Assembly (NCBI GenBank): GCA_963798485.1
Contig: CAWCTR010000014.1
Span: 128,001 to 192,000, forward strand
Length of the DNA stretch: 64,000 nucleotides
Direction of reading: 5' to 3'
From: an uncultured delta proteobacterium
Lineage (GTDB): Bacteria; Desulfobacterota; Desulfomonilia; UBA1062
Shown here: in pieces, positions 60,107 to 64,000 of the stretch
Layout: each line of letters opens with the position of its first letter
How positions within the stretch are numbered: the first letter of the stretch is position 1
Position numbers and translations under genes: made by a program
The notes under the pieces: model-generated
What the model saw: only the letters and a program-made list of their open reading frames with translations
What the model was told of the DNA's origin: nothing
Database searches by the model: none

Positions 60107-60732
60107 GTCGTTTCTTCTATATCCAGGTATTCGCCGGGGTTAAGAATGCGGACATCACACGAACACAGTCCGGCGAATTTTTCGGCATCTTTTCTGGAAC
60201 CTACAATGTCGCCATAGTGGATGGGGATGGCATATACGGTCTTGATGTCTTTGATGGCATCGCCCGCTTCCTTCGCATCCATGGTATAGGTGCCCCCCAC
60301 CGGTATAAAGGCGGCATCCACGACAAGGCCCTTCATCTCCGGGATCCTATCCGTATCTCCTGTATGATAGATCTTAATTCCACCGACTGTTACAATATAC
60401 CCTACCCAGCCATTGGTCTTGGGATGGAAGGCCTTTCCCAGATTATATGCAGGCATTGCCAGTATGGATACATCTTTGATATTCATGTTGTTACCCGGTG
60501 TTATACGATCGGTAACCAGCGGGGCTGACATGGGTGCTACGACACGCGTTGAGGCGTTTGAGACTGCCTTTATATCGGCCTGGGAATAATGATCATGATG
60601 ATCGTGGGTGAGCAGTATGATATCCGCGCGCTGAGCAGGGTTGTCGATTTTCCAGGGATCGATGTAAATAGTTGTGGCGGCGCTTGTTATCTTAACACTT
60701 GCATGACCAAGCCAAGTTAACCGTACGGTCAT
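60103..60732 (-). CDS. MBL-fold metallo-hydrolase
   Basis: LGHA, THDHHDH, YHTGDT, PIHYG. Confidence 0.92.
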   Translation of the reverse strand: MTVRLTWLGHASVKITSAATTIYIDPWKIDNPAQRADIILLTHDHHDHYSQADIKAVSNASTRVVAPMSAPLVTDRITPGNNMNIKDVSILAMPAYNLGKAFHPKTNGWVGYIVTVGGIKIYHTGDTDRIPEMKGLVVDAAFIPVGGTYTMDAKEAGDAIKDIKTVYAIPIHYGDIVGSRKDAEKFAGLCSCDVRILNPGEYLDIEETT

Positions 60733-60851
60733 TGAGCTCCTTCCAAAAAGGTTGAAACAATCAAAATATTCATTCGCAACCTTTTACATAATACAAAAGC
60801 TTATCGTACGTTTCAATGGGTATTTCCGAATTTACCAGTAACAAGTCTTTC

Positions 60852-61247
60852 TCAAAACGCCCCCAGTTGGCACGGTGTAACCTTAATGCCCAATGCATCA
60901 GCAGCATTTCCTGCCTCTGTCCGTATGATGCCCTTTGAATCTGCAATCTCCCAGAGCCTGGCACAGGAGATCCTTCCATCAGTAACATGTGCCTTGATAA
61001 GATCAAGCACTTCCTGGCCCACCTCTACCTTCCGGCCCGTGATTTTGTACTCTGACTTCCCTTTTCTGCCATAACCGAACAGGCCGAGTTGGCACTGATA
61101 CAACCGGGCGCCGGTTTCGGTTGCTACTCTGCCCACCTCAATGGGGTCAAGGTTGAGATAGGCGGAGATGTAGTGCGCTACGGCACAGGGGAGTTTGCTC
61201 TGTTCAGGATATATGGCTATCATTTCCCTGATCTTTTCAGATGGCAT
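60852..61247 (-). CDS. Conserved hypothetical protein with duplicated CQLG motif
   Basis: LPCAVA...CQLGLF and ISCA...CQLGAF repeats. Confidence 0.75.
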   Translation of the reverse strand: MPSEKIREMIAIYPEQSKLPCAVAHYISAYLNLDPIEVGRVATETGARLYQCQLGLFGYGRKGKSEYKITGRKVEVGQEVLDLIKAHVTDGRISCARLWEIADSKGIIRTEAGNAADALGIKVTPCQLGAF

Positions 61248-61258
61248 AGGTAACCTCC

Positions 61259-62683
61259 TTATCTGTTGGAAAATGTATTTAAAGCACCCATAGCCTTTGC
61301 AGCCTTCTCGGGTGAATCAAAGGTGGGGATGCATTTTGTATGAAGGGTATTGATACAGTTGTCTTCATTTCCGAAAAAGGAAGAGATGAGAAGGGGCTTC
61401 CCGTAACGCTCCGGCATGGATACAAGTTCTTCCAGATCGACCTTCATTGCCCCAATGAGCTCTTCCTTGGATACGTCCACAAAATTACTGATCGCAGGAT
61501 AGAGAAGTTCAAAGAATCCCGTGTCCATGATTCCGTGAATAATAATGCCATCCACCTCATCCGATTCGAAGAGTAACCTTGGAATATCTACGGACAATGC
61601 CTTCATATCTGTATGAAAGGTAAGGTCAACAGGGTTGCGGGCGCTTCCATGGGAAGGAAGGTATTTTGAGATCCTTTCCTGCAGGTTGGTGGAGAACTCA
61701 GGCACTTCAAGCCCTACACGGTTACAGGTGGTTGCAATGCCTGTCCCGGGACCGCCGGAATTCGTAAGCACGGCAATTCGCCTGCCTTTGAGTCTCGGTT
61801 GGGTGGCCAGTGCCCAGCCGATCTTGTACACGTCTTCTATGCTCTCCACACTGATAATACCGGCCTGTTTAAATAAGGCTTCATATAAGTGTCCGGGGCC
61901 GGACATGGCGCCTGTATGGCTCGATCCGGAGCGCGCACCCGCCTCGGTACCACCCACATATTGAGCTATGATAGGCTTGACCCTGCTCACATTTCTGGCC
62001 ACCTCAAGGAACCGGGATACATCCTTTATCCCTTCGATATAAAGACCTATGGCCTTTGTTGTCTCGTCCTGACCCAGGTATTCAAGACAGTCGATGATAG
62101 TGATGTCCGCCTCGTTTCCCACACTGATGGCCTTACTCATGACAATGCCGTTTTTATGCAGATATGAGACTACCTGGGCTATGTAGGTGCCGCTCTGGGA
62201 AGCAAGACCGAGCTTGCCGTTATAATCCTGGATAGGGCCGACGGTTATATTCATCGGCAGGTGGGTATTGACGATACCGAGACAGTTGGGACCGAGAAAG
62301 CGTATGCCGTATTGCCTTGCCTTTTCTATTAATACCTTCTCCAGCGCCTTTCCCTCCTCGCCGGTCTCCCTGAAACCTGCAGTAACAATGATTATGTGCC
62401 TTGTACCAAGCCTTCCAAAATCTTCAACCATTTCAGGAATGAGGCGTGTAGGAACGATAAGCACGGCAACATCCGGGGCAAAAGGGAGATCTGATATCCG
62501 TTGGTAAGCCTTTTTACCGAGCACGGTCTTCTCTTTGGGATGGATCGGCAGTATCTCTCCAGGAAAGCCATTTGTGATGAGGTTCAGACACTGGATAGTG
62601 CCCATGGTAGTGAAGGTATTGCTTGCGCCTGCAATGGCTATAGTAGCGGGGTTCATGAGTTTCTCAATTGGATTGCCTGCCAT
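61259..62683 (-). CDS. ADP-forming acyl-CoA synthetase alpha-type subunit (CoA-binding)
   Basis: GPNCLG, SQSG, SVGNEAD, SHTGAM, TNSGG, NPVDLT. Confidence 0.92.
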   Translation of the reverse strand: MAGNPIEKLMNPATIAIAGASNTFTTMGTIQCLNLITNGFPGEILPIHPKEKTVLGKKAYQRISDLPFAPDVAVLIVPTRLIPEMVEDFGRLGTRHIIIVTAGFRETGEEGKALEKVLIEKARQYGIRFLGPNCLGIVNTHLPMNITVGPIQDYNGKLGLASQSGTYIAQVVSYLHKNGIVMSKAISVGNEADITIIDCLEYLGQDETTKAIGLYIEGIKDVSRFLEVARNVSRVKPIIAQYVGGTEAGARSGSSHTGAMSGPGHLYEALFKQAGIISVESIEDVYKIGWALATQPRLKGRRIAVLTNSGGPGTGIATTCNRVGLEVPEFSTNLQERISKYLPSHGSARNPVDLTFHTDMKALSVDIPRLLFESDEVDGIIIHGIMDTGFFELLYPAISNFVDVSKEELIGAMKVDLEELVSMPERYGKPLLISSFFGNEDNCINTLHTKCIPTFDSPEKAAKAMGALNTFSNR

Positions 62684-62806
62684 TCATCCTCCAAATTCCG
62701 GCCCTGATGAGGGTTCCCATGCATGTCTGTGCCGTAATGTGCCACGTCTAAATCTGTTACCATAAATTTTCAGATAAAAATATCAACCAATGTTGTAACA
62801 CCCCTT

Positions 62807-63595
62807 ATGAAAAAGCGATTCCGGCCGATGAGAAAGATGTTGGAAGCAGTGTACTTCAAGGATGAAGGGCTGGACATGGGAATTGAATCGAGCATAACAA
62901 TGAATTCACATCAGATACGCAGGTTTTTGTGCGTGTTTCTCCTTTCTCTCATTGGTTTTTTCTCCATCATGGGGATCTTCAGCTACATCGACCCATACCC
63001 CTTAAAAGACTGGATCCACCTAAGGATTATGCTCCAGAAGGTTGGGGTTAAAGGTGCATTGCTCTTCATCTTCTGTGTTTCCATAATGCCGTTAGCTGCA
63101 CCCCTAAGCCTGCTTGTCATGGCAGGGTCATCGGTTTATGGGGCGCCACTCGGTATGGCGCTTTCGTATGTCGGCTGCCTGATCAATGCAAATCTTGTAT
63201 TTTTCCTGGTGAAGACCCTTGGTGTGGAGACAGCCTGGGGGCATGGGAAAAAGACATGCCGGGTAAAGAACGCTATCAGGAGAAACGGCTACTCCATCGT
63301 GTTGATACTCCAGATCCTTACTATCCTCCCCTTTACTGCGATAAACTTTACTGCCGCAGCGTCGGGTGTGTGCTGGCGGGATTTCATGAAGGCAACTATC
63401 TTCGGTATAGTACCGGGCATAGCCATCTTTTCACTGCTGGGGCACATGGTCCTTACCCAGTTCTTTACCCCGAGGTTCTACTTTTCATTCATTTGTGCAG
63501 CAGTATTCATGATCACCCTGGTAGCACTCATTAAGAAGAACACCCAGCTCAGAAAAAAAACCGTTGTGCAGATAGTCAAAGAAGAGCTTGTTTGA
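62807..63595 (+). CDS. TVP38/TMEM64 (VTT/DedA-like) membrane protein
   Basis: G.VYG..G, LPF..IN..AA.SGV..RDF..AT..GIVPG; start uncertain. Confidence 0.8.
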   Translation: MKKRFRPMRKMLEAVYFKDEGLDMGIESSITMNSHQIRRFLCVFLLSLIGFFSIMGIFSYIDPYPLKDWIHLRIMLQKVGVKGALLFIFCVSIMPLAAPLSLLVMAGSSVYGAPLGMALSYVGCLINANLVFFLVKTLGVETAWGHGKKTCRVKNAIRRNGYSIVLILQILTILPFTAINFTAAASGVCWRDFMKATIFGIVPGIAIFSLLGHMVLTQFFTPRFYFSFICAAVFMITLVALIKKNTQLRKKTVVQIVKEELV

Positions 63596-64000
63596 AAAGT
63601 GAGGATCGTAGTCTAATATCCCTTTGCGCGGATGGTGAAGTCCCTGGCCGAATACCCTTATTGATAATTCCTTATTTATCCGTAAGGGAATAACCCCCTG
63701 CATCAGGAAAAAGCCGCCTTTTTTTGCCAAGGCAAGGCCCATGATCTTATTCTCTCCGATCACAAGCTCAGTTGGAGTCGGCCGTGCAAAGCATATTGAA
63801 GAGAAGGCGTGGTTACCGCCTTTTATTTCTGTCTCGATGCCGCAACCGTGAAAGGCTCCTTTGAACACGCGTGAAATTATTTCTGAACAAGCAGGGATAC
63901 TCCCGGCAAGAGCCCCGGTCGCCTTTGAGCATATGCTGAAGGTAATGTCGTCGTAATGCAGCACAGCCCCCCCGCCAGTGGGCCTTCGTATTACGGGGAT
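63485..64000 (-). CDS. Lipoate-protein ligase family protein (5' truncated by window)
   Basis: RRPTGGGAVLH at the window edge, CF.RP..EL, KIMG.A. Confidence 0.8.
   Translation of the reverse strand: MPVIRRPTGGGAVLHYDDITFSICSKATGALAGSIPACSEIISRVFKGAFHGCGIETEIKGGNHAFSSICFARPTPTELVIGENKIMGLALAKKGGFFLMQGVIPLRINKELSIRVFGQGLHHPRKGILDYDPHFSNKLFFDYLHNGFFSELGVLLNECYQGDHEYCCTNE

Overview
Chromosomal window from what looks like an anaerobic deltaproteobacterium (Desulfobacterota/Syntrophales-like; taxon is an inference from gene content). Housekeeping genes lie at both ends: mutL-miaA-ttcA-Sua5/YrdC-Rne/Rng and others at 1-10 kb, and a sensor kinase, MBL hydrolase, acyl-CoA ligase, VTT protein and lipoate ligase at 58-64 kb. 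Between them is a ~48 kb tandem stack of integrative elements at the 3' end of tRNA-Val(CAC) (57953-58024, minus strand). Three copies of the tRNA 3' end (10457, 39438, 57953) each sit right after a tyrosine integrase: two intact-looking integrases and one relic. Island B (10.5-39.4 kb) carries a small HUH Rep-like gene with iteron-like repeats, a disrupted surface-modification gene pair, two serine recombinases, a GCG/CGC-depleted block of solitary cargo genes, an Ig-repeat lipoprotein, and IS4, IS1634, IS3, IS110 and IS5-like elements. Island A (39.4-57.95 kb) carries PLD nuclease and FRG genes, an IS-split tyrosine recombinase with a divergent RHH gene, a repeat-rich control region and three IS21 elements. 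One IS21 has two extra DNA-binding-type genes and three 19-bp internal repeats. All calls come from motif reading by eye; no database search was run.
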